From a virus: DNA of 64,000 nucleotides. The notes under the pieces were generated by a model, which had not been told where the DNA came from, ran no database searches, and saw only the letters and a program-made list of their open reading frames with translations. Location: IMG/VR virus record IMGVR_UViG_3300037333_000013, positions 32,001 to 96,000 of that record; one strand, 5' to 3'. A program made the translations under genes and the position numbers. Of the stretch, positions 1 to 10,043 are shown in pieces (within the stretch, counting starts at the first letter, position 1; every line of letters starts with the position of its first letter).

Positions 1-889
1 TTTGCATCTTAAAGAGCAGTCCTGGTGGAGAGAACAATACACTCACAGAGGAACCATTCAACGCTAGGTTCTCCACACAGTTGTAGTATGTATCGCTCTT
101 TAGTCGCTCTGCTGTTGCAATTGAACGCAATGTATCTTTCGAGAAGAGGTTCTTTGGCTTAATTAAGAGTGGTATTGCTAGGTCATTCTCTTGATGTTCA
201 GTAACCCAATCAATAATCTCTGAGTCAGATGTGAGACTAATTGTGTAGTTCGTATCTGATAATACTTTATGAATGGTGTTGTTCTTTACCGCTACATCTT
301 CTTTCTTCACGGCAAGTGATGTAGATACAGATACATACGCTTTACGTTTATCAGATTTTAAATAGATAAGGGTGTTTCCTATTAACCAAAAAGGTGACGG
401 TACCTTTGGCTCCCAATAACTATCTCCTTTCTTATTATAGAGCTTCTCTTTCTCTAATGTCTCGGATAACAATGATAACTCTTCAGCATACCCTTTTAGA
501 ACCTCAAAGTCACTATGGTTCACTGTGAACGAACTTGACTTTAAATCTCTTATATTAAACGAAAAGTCACTGTCTTGATACCCATTAAAAACACTTCCAG
601 ATAACATATAACGTAAGAGTTTTCTAGCACCTTTATCTATAAGTAACTTTGTTATCTCTTTCTTTTTGAGCATTTCAGATATGCTCTTTGGAGTATTCTC
701 ACACCACCCATAAAAGTAGTGTTCCGGTATCACATACTCTGTTGGTTTGAGTTTCTTTGTTGCTGGTACATAACCATTGATACTTGCTACTAATGACTTA
801 GGTCCTGTTCTCCCTAACTTCTTATTCTGTTTAATGTCAAACCCAAACAGAATGAACTTATCGTTGACTTCTACAATATGTAATATCAT
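1..889 (-). CDS. Partial ORF running off the window start; possibly a divergent phiKZ gp155-like RNase H-family protein
   Basis: Hand-translated from ATG at 889 (MILHIVEVNDKFILFGFD...YWEPKVPSPFW...FSPPGLLFKMQ), with an SD upstream. The YW..P and PPxL motifs and the divergent neighbour resemble gp155 homologues, but no canonical N-terminal DG motif is visible. Confidence 0.4.
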   Translation of the reverse strand, partial: MILHIVEVNDKFILFGFDIKQNKKLGRTGPKSLVASINGYVPATKKLKPTEYVIPEHYFYGWCENTPKSISEMLKKKEITKLLIDKGARKLLRYMLSGSVFNGYQDSDFSFNIRDLKSSSFTVNHSDFEVLKGYAEELSLLSETLEKEKLYNKKGDSYWEPKVPSPFWLIGNTLIYLKSDKRKAYVSVSTSLAVKKEDVAVKNNTIHKVLSDTNYTISLTSDSEIIDWVTEHQENDLAIPLLIKPKNLFSKDTLRSIATAERLKSDTYYNCVENLALNGSSVSVLFSPPGLLFKMQ

Positions 890-965
890 CTTTACCCTTT
901 ATTTTTATACTATTGAATATACAACCAACTGAATTAAGTGATTTTTACACATAAAAGGATAATGA

Positions 966-1559
966 ATGGCTATGCATAACTATACATTTAGTGGAAACTA
1001 CTCTACACTAAATACAAAAAAGAAACTGGAAAGACTCCCAAACAGAGAGATGAAAGAGATGCTAGACTCTGGTATAGATGTCTATACACTCGTCTATAAA
1101 CCATTTGGATTAACACAAGAGGATTTCACTTCTGACTTAAATAGTGGTGTAGAGATAGCCACACTACGTAAACAGAGTGGAGAGTATGTCAGTGTACCAG
1201 AAACCTATGTCTCTAGAGATGTTGATGAATTTAACAATGTGAATTATATTGGTCGTGGGATTGTGATGGATTTAGGGGGAATTCCAGAAGCAGAGAACAT
1301 TGATTCTACGTTGGAGGATATCTTAACGTATATAGAAGCACGATTAGGCATCACTGCAAAGATACGACTCGTAAATACAGCCACTATCTCTGTATCAGAA
1401 GATGACCACACTGCATATGAATCAGAAAGAGAATTATTGAGAAATGATAAGGGAAACTATTACAATCAACTGTTGATGTGCAAAAAAGAAAAAGATAGTC
1501 TCCAGACATACGTAGATAGTCTGGAGGAGTGTATTAAAGAGGAGCTATGTGATTGTTAA
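966..1559 (+). CDS. Conserved phiKZ-like virion structural protein
   Basis: 197 aa; AAGGA SD; VYKPFGL..D, YVSVPETY and DLGGIP motifs plus a C-terminal coiled coil, like the jumbo-phage protein found next to RNase H. Confidence 0.55.
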   Translation: MAMHNYTFSGNYSTLNTKKKLERLPNREMKEMLDSGIDVYTLVYKPFGLTQEDFTSDLNSGVEIATLRKQSGEYVSVPETYVSRDVDEFNNVNYIGRGIVMDLGGIPEAENIDSTLEDILTYIEARLGITAKIRLVNTATISVSEDDHTAYESERELLRNDKGNYYNQLLMCKKEKDSLQTYVDSLEECIKEELCDC

Positions 1560-2536
1560 TCGATATACTTGATTCGTATCTTCTTACCGTGTGTGATAGT
1601 AAAGAGTCTATTATTGACTCTAATATATGACTCTACCACAGACAGAGCATCTAACACAGTAAAGAGTGCACTATCTGTTGGAATATCGAGTGTAGATAGT
1701 GTGTCAATTGACATCACTTCATCTTTCACTTCTTGAATATCGGTGTGAAGTAGCATCGTGATAGATTTCACTTTGAATACTTCTCCTTTCTTATACGATG
1801 ATTTATTATTCATCGCAATGATGTCTGATAGATATCCACAGAATGTGAGTTTATCTGCCTCGAAGTCCGGTGACTCAAATGCTTCCAGTAACTCATTGCT
1901 ATCCTCTAGCAGACTACCGAAAGATAGTGACGGCATAATAGAACTGATTCTCTCTGCGATGAGTACGTCCACTGTCGCATCAATACGTTTTGGGACGATA
2001 CTGTGCTTCTCCCCTCTTGAGAGTTTTGATAACCATGTCATAACGATACTGTTCATCTCTACCTCTAGAGTTACTTCATCTTCGCCATAACAGATACATC
2101 GTGTATTTCCTCTTATCTTTAACTTTAAGATATCCTCTTTTTCTACGGTTGTTGTTGAAAACTCTGGAACGTTGTTGTAGAGTGGTACAACAGTGTATAC
2201 TTTGTTGTCTACCTCAACTACTTTTTCTACGACTTCTTTTTCATATCTCTGCGTACTACCACCAGTGATTGGTTTCCCCAACTCGTCATATTGAACTGAG
2301 TCAAGTGAACTCGCACCGTTCATCGCATGATTTTGTGTTCCATAGTTATACTGTGGTGTCTTTTGTGTACCATAACTATAACTCTGTTGTTGTTGAATGT
2401 TAGGTTGAATTAGTTTAGGTTGTGGTAACGACATACGTACACCATTTTTCATCACCTCTGTTAAGTATTTTCTTCCGTCATGTGCGATGCCGAATACGTT
2501 TCCGTACGCATCTTCTTCTCTTCCTATAAATTGCAT
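1556..2536 (-). CDS. Early hypothetical protein with a Q/Y-rich low-complexity N-terminal region
   Basis: ATG at 2536 has a CAGGAG SD and is preferred over the TTG at 2575; lies behind a TATATTATT promoter. Confidence 0.75.
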   Translation of the reverse strand: MQFIGREEDAYGNVFGIAHDGRKYLTEVMKNGVRMSLPQPKLIQPNIQQQQSYSYGTQKTPQYNYGTQNHAMNGASSLDSVQYDELGKPITGGSTQRYEKEVVEKVVEVDNKVYTVVPLYNNVPEFSTTTVEKEDILKLKIRGNTRCICYGEDEVTLEVEMNSIVMTWLSKLSRGEKHSIVPKRIDATVDVLIAERISSIMPSLSFGSLLEDSNELLEAFESPDFEADKLTFCGYLSDIIAMNNKSSYKKGEVFKVKSITMLLHTDIQEVKDEVMSIDTLSTLDIPTDSALFTVLDALSVVESYIRVNNRLFTITHGKKIRIKYID

Positions 2537-2591
2537 TGTCTCTCCTGAAAAATTTAATGTTAGTAACCCTTGCAATCGATTACTACACTGA

Positions 2592-2600
2592 AATAATATA
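2592..2600 (-). promoter_or_regulatory. Early (virion RNAP) promoter TATATTATT
   Basis: One of 11 exact intergenic copies; resembles the phiKZ early consensus TATATTAC. Confidence 0.75.
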
Positions 2601-2720
2601 CAGATATAAAATTACTACTAGCGTACCTACTGGCACACTAGCATTGTAATCCGTAATAGAACGCAGACAAACACTGTGATTGCCGCTGCTCTATATGAAC
2701 GATGTATCTTTTCACTAAGG

Positions 2721-3059
2721 TTAAATACCGTCACATTTATCTCCTAATATTTTCTTAAATGCTTTCTTTGTCGCTTTCACTATACCACTATTAAATACTG
2801 TAATCAACTTCACACTTGCCAATGATGACAGTGAGTAGATGACGACCGCTGTTGTAGAGTGTGCATCAATCACAAACTTCTCTAATACAAATGGTACTAT
2901 CGTCAGTGCGATAAAGATTGATGAAAAAAAGATAGCCATATAATGGCTCATATTTCTTATATCAGTGTGGAATATCTGTGTAAATATTCCTATCAACACA
3001 GCGACACCACACTCGAACGTGTTGTAAAATTCCACGAACTCTTTTGTTGTAAATAACAT
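2721..3059 (-). CDS. Small membrane protein, holin-like
   Basis: 112 aa with about 3 hydrophobic segments and a basic C-terminal tail (KATKKAFKK). Confidence 0.5.
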   Translation of the reverse strand: MLFTTKEFVEFYNTFECGVAVLIGIFTQIFHTDIRNMSHYMAIFFSSIFIALTIVPFVLEKFVIDAHSTTAVVIYSLSSLASVKLITVFNSGIVKATKKAFKKILGDKCDGI

Positions 3060-3617
3060 CTATCCCCCAATAGTATCCTTTGATACCTCTATATGAAATG
3101 CATCATCTCTCAGTAGTGTGATTTTCTTTGTCACAATCTCTCCTGACACCGATGCAGTAAACTCAATTGAACTCCCAGGTCTCATTAATAGTAATGGTAA
3201 GTCATATGCGTCGTTCTCTATGTATACACTGATATTTGTGAGTTCCTTACAACCTGAAGTGAATGTATATGTCATTGCTTCTATATGATGAAACGGTGGT
3301 TCAAATAGACAATAGACACCTTCTTTATTCTCTGTGTTTCCTACAAAATAGACAGGTAACCCACGCACGTCCTTCACACTCTCTTTACCACGCTTGATAG
3401 GTATCAAACTGAATGATGAACCAAACAGTGTCACCGTTCTCTCTTTGTTAAATAATGCATCTTCATAGAGTGTATCTACCACACCTATCGATACACCAAA
3501 TGTACTCTCGTCACTGACATTATACTTAATGTTATAGTGCCTATTACCGTTTATGGTTGTTAACACAGCCTCTACGGGTTCGACACTATTGTCTCTCTTA
3601 ATCTTTCTGATAAACAT
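3060..3617 (-). CDS. Hypothetical protein
   Basis: 185 aa ORF with an AGAGG SD, coupled to the holin-like gene. Confidence 0.7.
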   Translation of the reverse strand: MFIRKIKRDNSVEPVEAVLTTINGNRHYNIKYNVSDESTFGVSIGVVDTLYEDALFNKERTVTLFGSSFSLIPIKRGKESVKDVRGLPVYFVGNTENKEGVYCLFEPPFHHIEAMTYTFTSGCKELTNISVYIENDAYDLPLLLMRPGSSIEFTASVSGEIVTKKITLLRDDAFHIEVSKDTIGG

Positions 3618-3692
3618 ATCAACCTCTTTTATTTATTTAAAAATTCACAAAAAATAGCCTCGTATTGAATGAACTTTAAGAAAGGAGTGATT

Positions 3693-4823
3693 ATGGGTAC
3701 CCCTTTAGGGATAGAAAGTAAAAGTGATTATACTGCTGGGTCTAGTGGTAAACTATTTGCTGGTGAATTTATGACGATGTTAGACAACATCAATACCTCT
3801 ATTGATAAGATACCTGGTTGGGAAAATATTGATAGTGACAAGCGTCTGTTGTTTGCTCTCTCTTCTGCATTGCACATTAATGGATTTACTGTCGGTGGAG
3901 ATGAGAATGACATTACATTAACCAGCAATGGATATGAACGGTTGTTGCTGAAGGATAAAGATACAGTATCTTTTGTAACACCACTTAGCAATACAGATGA
4001 AGTAACATTAACTATTGATTCGTTACGTTCTAGACCACTTGTCACTGATGATGGTATTGTTTTAACAAGTGGGTTCTTAAAAGAGAATCATATGCAGTAT
4101 GCTGTGTATGATGAAGAGAATGATGTCTTTCGTTTAATTAATACCAATGCTGATGCTAGTATGGTCGAAGAGAAGCTAGAAGAGGTAAAAGAGAGCTTAG
4201 AGTATCTCATTCTAGACAACAGGCTCACAGCAGGTATGAATGACAACAACATCATTGATAGAGTGAATGCATTGACTAATCTTGTGCATAGTATGGAAAC
4301 AAAGATAGAAGAACTCTTTGAAAAGAACACTATCTTAGAAGATGCAGTATCAAAACAGCTAGTCAACAACGATGGAACAATAGAGACATATGACGGAATC
4401 AAGTTGGTGTCTGGCGACTTTGCTGGTGTAGAAGGACCAACTGAGTATGTGAAACGATATGTTTCAAAATGGGGTGGTAGCACATTTACAACAAATACGA
4501 GACTCTTTACTATTAAAGAGAACGGAATACAAGTCAACCACGATGGTTACTATCGTGTACATATGAGACAACGTGTAAATAGCAATGGTGAGAATGGATA
4601 TGTCACTATCAGTATCGATGGTGATAGACGTAAGTTAGAAGATAGAGAAGATGGGTTATGGACACATGACCATAGTGATTATGTCAATAACTTTACATCA
4701 TCTATCTATATTGGAAAGTTATATAATGGTGAACTGATTTGTGGTGGATTTAACGAAGCGGAAGATGGCATATACTCAGATGCGGGATATGTTGGTATGT
4801 TGACAGTTGAGAGAATTAAGTAA
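3693..4823 (+). CDS. Tail fibre-like protein: coiled coil plus C-terminal C1q/TNF-like beta domain
   Basis: AAGGAG SD before ATG 3693; central heptad region; C-terminal GIQVNHDGYYRVH...GELI pattern. Confidence 0.55.
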   Translation: MGTPLGIESKSDYTAGSSGKLFAGEFMTMLDNINTSIDKIPGWENIDSDKRLLFALSSALHINGFTVGGDENDITLTSNGYERLLLKDKDTVSFVTPLSNTDEVTLTIDSLRSRPLVTDDGIVLTSGFLKENHMQYAVYDEENDVFRLINTNADASMVEEKLEEVKESLEYLILDNRLTAGMNDNNIIDRVNALTNLVHSMETKIEELFEKNTILEDAVSKQLVNNDGTIETYDGIKLVSGDFAGVEGPTEYVKRYVSKWGGSTFTTNTRLFTIKENGIQVNHDGYYRVHMRQRVNSNGENGYVTISIDGDRRKLEDREDGLWTHDHSDYVNNFTSSIYIGKLYNGELICGGFNEAEDGIYSDAGYVGMLTVERIK

Positions 4824-4835
4824 GAAAGGATAGAC

Positions 4836-6383
4836 ATGTTAATAGAAGAGTTAGCAGAGAAGATTGATAATGCATTGCAGTCTAGCAATGACATTGCACT
4901 GTTTTATAGAGATTTCTTCACAACAGATGGTGATGTGACATTCACTATGGTAAATGAAGATGGTGATGAAGTCAGTGAGACAGTGAGCAGTTACTTAAAA
5001 CTGAGTGGAGAACTGAAAACATTGATTAGTGATTCGTTCTCAGAGACTATCATGAGTAAAGTAACTGTGGATACTGGCGAACTAGATGAACAATTACGGT
5101 TAGGTACATCGCATGTAGTAAAGGTATTAACAGACCAAGGTGGTACGATTACAAGTAGTGATAGTTTTAATGTACACCACGCTGGAGAGACTGATAATGC
5201 TATCGAATGGGTCACAAACTACTACGATGCACGATACCCAGACTCTGACCTAAATGAGATTACTGCTGAAGATAAGATTCTCACCGCTGATGGAGAGATT
5301 ATTCTTAGACCTAATCTACAAGCTGATGATAGAACAAGTGATGGTGTAGAGATGTCTTTCTCTATGGAAGAAGTAAATCTATTAAGACAAATCATTAACA
5401 GCAAAGAGATTATCGTTGGAACTGAACAAGATAGGGAAGATGGAACATATAGTAGATTATATAAGAATGAGCTACAATTAAAATCTATCCACGAAGATAT
5501 TGGTAATGTGAATGCTGTTCTTAATATGCTTTATAATGGGGAATTACTAGAACTTAATATACTTGACGATGATAGAAATGCATTGGCTAGAGGAATTAAA
5601 TTATATAGCAACAAAGATATATTTCCGAAAATTGATAACTTTGATATACTGACAGCAAGAACCAGATATATATATGTGGATTCTGAGATTGGTGACGATA
5701 CAAATGAGGGAACAAGTCCGGATAGACCTAAGAAGACATTTATTGCTGGATGGAATGCATGTAGATATAGACACGATTGTGTACTTTATCTAGCGGAAGG
5801 TCAAGAGTTTGACGTTGATTCAAATATAGATGCTGGATATAATACACTTATCCGGGTAATTAGACGTGGGTCGACTGACGATGTTGATGACCCAAAACTA
5901 AAGTTTGGTGGTTATCGATACACATCTGGTGATGGGAATGATTATAGTGGTACTAAATATATAAGTGCAAGTTATGGAAGTTCTATTTCTATCGGACATA
6001 TTGAGTTAATACCACCAGGAAAGACGGATGACTTAGATTTCCGAGCGTGGGATTATCAATCTTCACTGATACTCGCATATGGTGCAATATTTATCTCTAT
6101 TAATAATTGTAGCTGTGATATAAGTGGACTAACTAATATTCAAGTGATTAAGCAAACTAAATACAGATCTATTTGTACATTCTCAATTTATGGTTCAGAT
6201 ATCACACTAGGGTCAGAATACTTCTTATACAATAGGTCAAATTCTCCAGTTGTTGCATATATTGACTATGGTAGATTTAGCAATGATGATGACTTAAAAG
6301 ACCAAATGTTTAAAAATGTAATTAGGGACGCTGATACTGGGATGCCGATAAATATCAATTCAAACTTTGATGTGACAAAATAG
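4836..6383 (+). CDS. Tail fibre / receptor-binding protein
   Basis: 515 aa. The N-terminal DGDVTFT..DG..V.V.SY segment is typical of tail fibres, and YIYVDSEIGDDTNEGTSPDRPKKT is typical of the start of beta-helix-like domains. Confidence 0.65.
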   Translation: MLIEELAEKIDNALQSSNDIALFYRDFFTTDGDVTFTMVNEDGDEVSETVSSYLKLSGELKTLISDSFSETIMSKVTVDTGELDEQLRLGTSHVVKVLTDQGGTITSSDSFNVHHAGETDNAIEWVTNYYDARYPDSDLNEITAEDKILTADGEIILRPNLQADDRTSDGVEMSFSMEEVNLLRQIINSKEIIVGTEQDREDGTYSRLYKNELQLKSIHEDIGNVNAVLNMLYNGELLELNILDDDRNALARGIKLYSNKDIFPKIDNFDILTARTRYIYVDSEIGDDTNEGTSPDRPKKTFIAGWNACRYRHDCVLYLAEGQEFDVDSNIDAGYNTLIRVIRRGSTDDVDDPKLKFGGYRYTSGDGNDYSGTKYISASYGSSISIGHIELIPPGKTDDLDFRAWDYQSSLILAYGAIFISINNCSCDISGLTNIQVIKQTKYRSICTFSIYGSDITLGSEYFLYNRSNSPVVAYIDYGRFSNDDDLKDQMFKNVIRDADTGMPININSNFDVTK

Positions 6384-6389
6384 GAGTAC

Positions 6390-6860
6390 GTGATGGAATT
6401 AAGACTAATTAATAGGATAAAGATAGGTTCTTCAGATTATAGGAACTTATGGACATATGAACAATATGATGATAGTGGTGTAGTAAGATATAATATACCG
6501 GAAGACTTAGGGGAATTTAGGGTTATCGCTATTGATACTTTAAATTGGCTCATAGGCAAGAACGTACTTAAAGTGGCTGGTGGAAAAGCAATTGATGTCG
6601 GTACAGCGAACTCAAAGCTAGGAGTACTACTAGTAAAAGCTGTTTTACAGTTAGGTGTAGACACCACACAATTTACAGAACTAGAACAAGAAACAATCAG
6701 AGACTGTGATGCACTCTATGATGCAGGATATTCTGACAGTGAAAAACTTCGTGATACTGTTGCAACATTGCTTCCGACTATATCCACATTCACTGAGAGA
6801 ATCGCTAGAGTGTCTCAAGCAACGTCACACGAAGAAATTATTGACATACTCAATGAGTAG
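6390..6860 (+). CDS. Putative tail fibre assembly/chaperone protein
   Basis: 156 aa directly after the fibre gene; C-terminal ...ATSHEEIIDIL resembles tail-fibre chaperone ends. Confidence 0.45.
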   Translation: MMELRLINRIKIGSSDYRNLWTYEQYDDSGVVRYNIPEDLGEFRVIAIDTLNWLIGKNVLKVAGGKAIDVGTANSKLGVLLVKAVLQLGVDTTQFTELEQETIRDCDALYDAGYSDSEKLRDTVATLLPTISTFTERIARVSQATSHEEIIDILNE

Positions 6861-6888
6861 AATTATCTGACCACTATAAAGGATTAAT

Positions 6889-7548
6889 ATGGCAACAGAT
6901 TTACAAGACCAGAAGATTGTGATTGAAGATATGACTCTCACTACTTCAAAGTTTAACACTATTAAAGCAATGATGTCGAACATCGACATCTTAGCACAAG
7001 GACACAATGCGTTTACTGATGCAGTAGAAGATGAGTTCAACCGTTTAAAAGAGCTATTTGACGCCGCAGAGTTAGCAGATGATGTAGACATCGATAAGAT
7101 TAATGAAACACTCTTATCAGTCCAGGAACTTATGTCTGATGAAGAGAATGGTGCAAACATTATCGCTGCACTAGGGACTGTCTTTACAGAGTTAAACAGA
7201 CGTACAGAGACCATCGTAAGAGAAGAGACTATTACGTCTGAGACAGGGATTGCTGAGGTAGACCTCACTGCACAAGGGTTTAGTTCAGTAGATGAGTATT
7301 CACTACTCGTTACTCCATATGGTAGAAACCCAGTCTCTATCAGTGTAGAGAAAGTCGATGAGACAAAATGTAATATTGTTGTTGAAGACAGACGTTTCTG
7401 GGAGGAGTCTACTGAAGATATTAGGCTAAAAGATTGTAGTGCTGATGAAGACAATGTTAAAGTTTGTCTCACTATCCATAGAGTACCAAGACCTATATCA
7501 TTAACATTAACAGAAGTTGATGGAGATGAAACAACAATTGGTGAGTAA
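6889..7548 (+). CDS. Acidic structural/accessory protein with C-terminal DCS-motif domain
   Basis: 219 aa, AAGGA SD, followed by a terminator. Confidence 0.7.
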   Translation: MATDLQDQKIVIEDMTLTTSKFNTIKAMMSNIDILAQGHNAFTDAVEDEFNRLKELFDAAELADDVDIDKINETLLSVQELMSDEENGANIIAALGTVFTELNRRTETIVREETITSETGIAEVDLTAQGFSSVDEYSLLVTPYGRNPVSISVEKVDETKCNIVVEDRRFWEESTEDIRLKDCSADEDNVKVCLTIHRVPRPISLTLTEVDGDETTIGE

Positions 7549-7553
7549 CAACG

Positions 7554-7599
7554 ACACAGGACAGAGATTTCTCTCTGTTCTGTGATAGTCTTTTTTTTT
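7554..7599 (+). terminator. Rho-independent terminator
   Basis: CACAGGACAGAGA-TTTC-TCTCTGTTCTGTG hairpin followed by a T run. Confidence 0.75.
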
Positions 7600-7635
7600 A
7601 TTAAATAGACTACACAAAATAAAAAAGGAACACAT

Positions 7636-8418
7636 ATGACAAAAGAAGATTTCATTCTCTTACAACAATCAGTCTTAGGAGAACTTTCTGAGATTATCAA
7701 AGGGTACGTTGATGCTGGTGATGCAAAGTCTGCAACAGAACTCCTAGCTGTACAGGAACAACTTGGTGGTGTTGAAGAGAGACTTGACTTACTCGATAAG
7801 ATTGACTCAGAAGATGGGTTTGACTCACTCGTTGAGAAGTACAATGCTATCAAAGAGATGCTTGCGTCAGAAGAGGCTGTTACTGAAGTAGCGGAACTTG
7901 TTGATGGCGTAAAAGAGGAAGTCGCATCACTGTCTGAAGAAGTAGATGCTATTGTATCTAGACTCGATGGTGTTGAAGCATCTATCGTAGCTGTCTCAGA
8001 TAGAGTTTCCAAAACAGAGACTAATATTGAATCTATTGAAGAGGAGATTGCACTTGGAAGAGAAGCACAACTTGCAACTGAGAAGCGTATTGACGATGTT
8101 ATCTCTGGTGGAACTGGCTCACTTACTGACGTCAATGCTAGAACTCTTGCGTTAGAGAAACAAGTTAATGACGTAACAGAAGAAGATGGTACTGTTACAA
8201 AAGGTATTGGGACACGCCTTACTGAAGTAGAGAACGTTGTTGATACTGCTAAGGAAGAACTCATCACACTCGTTGAAACAAGAACAATGACTGATGAAGA
8301 TTTAGAGTACCTCAAGACTTCTGGTGTATGTGGTATCTTAAATACGGCTAGAGGGGTATTTGGTGTACCACTTATCGATTGTAGTGCTACTGAAGACGAT
8401 AACGCGTCTGAACTTTAA
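7636..8418 (+). CDS. Acidic long coiled-coil protein, fibritin/fibre-like
   Basis: 260 aa with heptad repeats and C-terminal C..DCS. Confidence 0.65.
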   Translation: MTKEDFILLQQSVLGELSEIIKGYVDAGDAKSATELLAVQEQLGGVEERLDLLDKIDSEDGFDSLVEKYNAIKEMLASEEAVTEVAELVDGVKEEVASLSEEVDAIVSRLDGVEASIVAVSDRVSKTETNIESIEEEIALGREAQLATEKRIDDVISGGTGSLTDVNARTLALEKQVNDVTEEDGTVTKGIGTRLTEVENVVDTAKEELITLVETRTMTDEDLEYLKTSGVCGILNTARGVFGVPLIDCSATEDDNASEL

Positions 8419-8424
8419 TGATTA

Positions 8425-8468
8425 TATACTGTATGGGTCTTCCCATACAGTATACTGTTTCTTTTTTT
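8425..8468 (+). terminator. Rho-independent terminator
   Basis: 13-bp perfect stem TATACTGTATGGG/CCCATACAGTATA, then a T run. Confidence 0.8.
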
Positions 8469-8482
8469 GATTAGGAGGTAAT

Positions 8483-9073
8483 ATGGATTTTACAGAATAT
8501 ATGGGTGTTGTGAATATCGTCGAACTCAAACGTGGGATTAAAGAAGACAGTACCGCAACATTAGACTTTGCACTAGACTATTATAGGAAGCAGGCAAATA
8601 ATGCTGCTGACTTATCCGACTATGACACACGTGTAGAGATGGTAGATAGACGCATAACAGATGAAGCAAAGTCACTAAGACAAGGTCGTGGAAATATCTA
8701 TCAGATATACTCTGATAAGTATGTAGAGAAGTATGGCATGCCACATTGGTGGAGTTTAAAATTGGATAACTTCTCTTTATTAGAGTTATTGGAATTAAGT
8801 ACAACAGATAACAATGACAGCACAATGCAAGTAGGTGATATTTTCATCACTACGTCTGATGGTGTGGGGTATATTAAAGTGGGCAATCCAGATGGAAAAG
8901 AATTCAATAGCTTTGTGAATATCGATAACAATCATACTATAAGAGTAGAGAAAGAGACGATTGACTATGAAACAGTCAAAGTATCACTCATTGATATCTC
9001 ATCTTTTGAAGAGCAAGCATTAGATTGTAGCACAACAACCATAGAGGTGAACTATGCAATTGTCTTCTTATAG
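8483..9073 (+). CDS. Hypothetical protein with C-terminal DCS-motif domain
   Basis: 196 aa, AGGAGG SD. Confidence 0.7.
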   Translation: MDFTEYMGVVNIVELKRGIKEDSTATLDFALDYYRKQANNAADLSDYDTRVEMVDRRITDEAKSLRQGRGNIYQIYSDKYVEKYGMPHWWSLKLDNFSLLELLELSTTDNNDSTMQVGDIFITTSDGVGYIKVGNPDGKEFNSFVNIDNNHTIRVEKETIDYETVKVSLIDISSFEEQALDCSTTTIEVNYAIVFL

Positions 9074-9530
9074 CCCAACTGAAGAGGAGTTTGAATCTTT
9101 CTACAAAAACAGTAAGAAAGAGAGTATCCGAGAGCTATTCTATATCTCTAAGACATTACTGAATGTCTTTGAAAAGTTAGGTGATAATGACAATGATACT
9201 ATTATGAAACTCGTTGACACTATGATGGCTGATGAGAGACTTGTAACCATCAATACAGAGCTTAATAAGATATCTGGAAGTGTGTGTGTGATAGATAAAT
9301 ATGGTAGATTTGAGTTCTCATTCTATAATCCACAAGGAAGAGATTATACTGTGTCTATCTCACTAGACTTGATTAAGAACTTTGACTTTCGGGTCATTGA
9401 GAAGACCTCTGATAGGTGTGCCTTACAACTCATTAACACGTCAACAATTGACAACTTACCATTAGACTGTTCTAGTTTTAATGTTGAAGCAACAGTCACA
9501 ATTACATTAAAGGAAGATTATGGAGATTAA
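9054..9530 (+). CDS. Hypothetical protein with C-terminal DCS-motif domain
   Basis: 158 aa, GAGG SD, overlaps the upstream gene. Confidence 0.7.
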   Translation: MQLSSYSPTEEEFESFYKNSKKESIRELFYISKTLLNVFEKLGDNDNDTIMKLVDTMMADERLVTINTELNKISGSVCVIDKYGRFEFSFYNPQGRDYTVSISLDLIKNFDFRVIEKTSDRCALQLINTSTIDNLPLDCSSFNVEATVTITLKEDYGD

Positions 9531-10014
9531 AGTAGCTTTTTATAAAAAGCAAACATCGTTATATACAAAAGGAATATACTATGTTCAGAAGTTACAACGT
9601 ACTGAACGACCTGACTTTGTTCACGTTGAGCTTGTTGTAGATGGTGTTTGGCATACCTCGTCATCAATAGATGGTGGTGTAAGAGAGAGGAGAATTAGTG
9701 GCGATAGTGGAAATTGGGAATTCATTACATTGAATGTCAGTGTAGACGAGTTAGCCTTACTTAAGTCATTCTTCTATTCGCAGAGAAATTGTGGTTATGA
9801 CTACTTAGGTGTCTTCTTAACGCAACTACTACCACTAGATATTCAGAGTAGAGAGAGATGGTTTTGTAGCGAGATTGTCGCTGAAGCTTTGATGCTCATT
9901 GGTGTGCTTCCTAGACTCGTTTCCCCAAGTTATTATAGTCCAGCTAGACTGAATGACACGTTGACTATTCTACACAATATCACAAACAAACCAAGCTTTA
10001 AAGTAGAGCTCTAG
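9520..10014 (+). CDS. Permuted papain-like (NlpC/P60, YiiX/YebB-type) amidase/peptidase
   Basis: HVEL His motif, YDYLG and catalytic WFCSE-IVA, with His before Cys. Confidence 0.75.
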   Translation: MEIKVAFYKKQTSLYTKGIYYVQKLQRTERPDFVHVELVVDGVWHTSSSIDGGVRERRISGDSGNWEFITLNVSVDELALLKSFFYSQRNCGYDYLGVFLTQLLPLDIQSRERWFCSEIVAEALMLIGVLPRLVSPSYYSPARLNDTLTILHNITNKPSFKVEL

Positions 10015-10043
10015 TAGTATGGTGCATATGCACCATACTACTA
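10012..10043. terminator. 32-nt perfect palindrome between convergent genes; bidirectional terminator
   Basis: TAGTAGTATGGTGCATATGCACCATACTACTA overlaps both stop codons. Confidence 0.75.

Noticed and set aside
2558-2588. GUGUAGUA...UACUAACA pairing identical to the U2 snRNA/branch-point helix
   Set aside because: No splicing context exists and the other class A copies deviate. Treated as coincidence, although the bulged-A geometry is noted.
6825-8315. 496-aa Ser-rich minus-strand ORF, and the many other antisense ORFs in the track
   Set aside because: Shadow frames of acidic genes on the opposite strand; they lack an SD, and this one crosses a terminator.
3693-9530. Host assignment from the tail-fibre cluster
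   Set aside because: Cannot be supported without a database search.
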